Part shown: piece by piece, positions 62,708 to 64,000 of the stretch
Layout: each line of letters opens with the position of its first letter
Numbering within the stretch: the first letter of the stretch is position 1
Source: Takakia lepidozioides
Taxonomy: Eukaryota; Plantae; Bryophyta
DNA: 64,000 nt
Reading direction: 5' to 3'
Assembly: GCA_030704615.1 (NCBI GenBank)
Contig: CM060734.1
Span: 52,390,001-52,454,000 of the forward strand
Program-made: the position numbers and the translations under genes
The notes under the pieces: model-generated
Databases searched by the model: none
Told to the model about the DNA's origin: nothing
What the model saw: the letters and a program-made list of their open reading frames with translations, nothing else

Positions 62708-64000
62708 GACAATGATTTTCTGGAAAGGTGCGAGTGTCTTGCTTCGTTCATTGATCTGTGTAGCTACTTGGTTCATCCACCAGATCCTGAGAATTTGACC
62801 ATGATGTACTGTTGATGGCATTTCCGGTGGCATACCCACAGGAAATGATAGTCAGGTCAACCAGCCTAAGTGATGGACTCCATGACTTAACAAGATTACT
62901 TCATAAAATACTAGGAGAAAATCTGTGTATCTAGAGCTCAGATGGCACATAAGTTCAGTTGTCAGACCAAGGCTGGCACATGAGAGTCATTACTCCTGGG
63001 TTACCTTTGGGGTCCTTTCTGTAAGGGGGAGGAAAACTGTAGGGATCTCCAGACCAGCCCGCCGCAGAGGTCAGTAAGCATTAGATAGTACATTAGATGG
63101 TAAATTTGATGCCGTGTAATGGAAGTGCCTGGGAGGTTAATTCTCTTCCACGGATGTCAAAGGTCAAAGTGCTGTTAAAAAAATGGAAAAAGAAAGAATT
63201 AAACATATGTTCCCAAATCAACCCAGCAGATTCCAGGATGGGTGGGCGGGCACTGTCAGTAAGATAACAAGGTCTGCTTAGTGGACACGGTGCTTCCCAG
63301 TGTACTTGGCATATGTTGGACATATACGCAAAGTGTTCATGTGCACTTTGTCTTACCACTCCCTAGTGTATATTTCAGTAACTGTGAATCAACTCCAAGA
63401 ATTGACCAACATACTAATTGTAGAGAAGTTAGCATCTCAGCCAGGTCTCATTGTCTGCCATCACAACGTTCTATAATGTTGACAAAAACAAAGTTCTCAA
63501 AAGATGGATACAAGGCTACAATAATGAAAAGGCCTACACAGGTCCTCGTCGCAGACAAAATTGGCTTGCACTTGGTGCTGTAGTTAAAACCAAGAACGAA
63601 CGTATCATTGGATCATGCACTTGGCTATCAATCCAAGAATAATCCCCTCGTGAAACCCCTGCAGGGACAGCACATGCCCCTTTCAGGGAGGGAAAAAAAA
63701 TATGTGCACAGCTCAACCTTGCATCGTAGCAAGTAAGGTCCCCTGCCCGCCTTTATATGTCCTCACAAAGGAACAAGTTAACTTCATCAAGGCATATGAA
63801 TCAAATAAGTTATCAAGAAATCAACCACTAGAGTAATCGAGATTCCAAGAGGCGAAATTTTTTCTTCCTCTCAATGAACGAGGCCCTGATGAACTGATGA
63901 ATCAATACCGGCACTAATTGTCACCGTTAATCTATGCCAGTCCAAATAAAGAATTTGCTGGTCTCCTTGAAGTTCCACCATTGTACATTCTGCACAAAAC

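Larger units (their letters stand above)
57576..63505 (+). repeat. Segmental duplication copy 2 (PPR locus)
   Basis: Paralogous to 36830-43395; offset 20,755 bp at the 5' end. Confidence 0.9.

Noticed and set aside
63534-64000. Possible terminal exon of a minus-strand gene (..QWWNFKETSKFFIWTGID*)
   Set aside because: Too short at the window edge to assign

Overview
Nuclear genomic DNA of a land plant. It is probably a non-seed plant such as a bryophyte; this is inferred from the PPR and transposon repertoire only. Host genes: the 5' part of an NSUN5-type rRNA m5C methyltransferase (-), head-to-head with mitochondrial ATP synthase delta (+); a six-exon Mn-CDF transporter (MTP11-like); an intronless ALIS/CDC50; a BTB/POZ gene; and two duplicated PLS-DYW PPR editing factors about 20.7 kb apart. 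The two PPR genes differ by exactly two 303-bp PPR triplets, and both are preceded by decayed exons encoding OSB-type 'PDF' ssDNA-binding motifs. The main feature is a 14.45-kb Mutator-like element (19408-33858; about 330-370-bp TIRs; 9-bp TSD CCAGATTGA). It carries a SWIM-type transposase, a convergent zinc-finger/QT-rich/Ulp1-protease gene, two opposed arrays of a 311-bp repeat and a miRNA-like hairpin, and it is saturated with a CAGAC(T) motif. This layout recalls VANDAL anti-silencing elements. The window also holds two signs of piggyBac in a plant (a transposase relic and a TTAA-flanked non-autonomous element), Harbinger, copia, gypsy, LINE and hAT remnants, and a SINE that shares its 3' end with LINE tails. 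All alignments and family calls were made by eye; no database searches were run.
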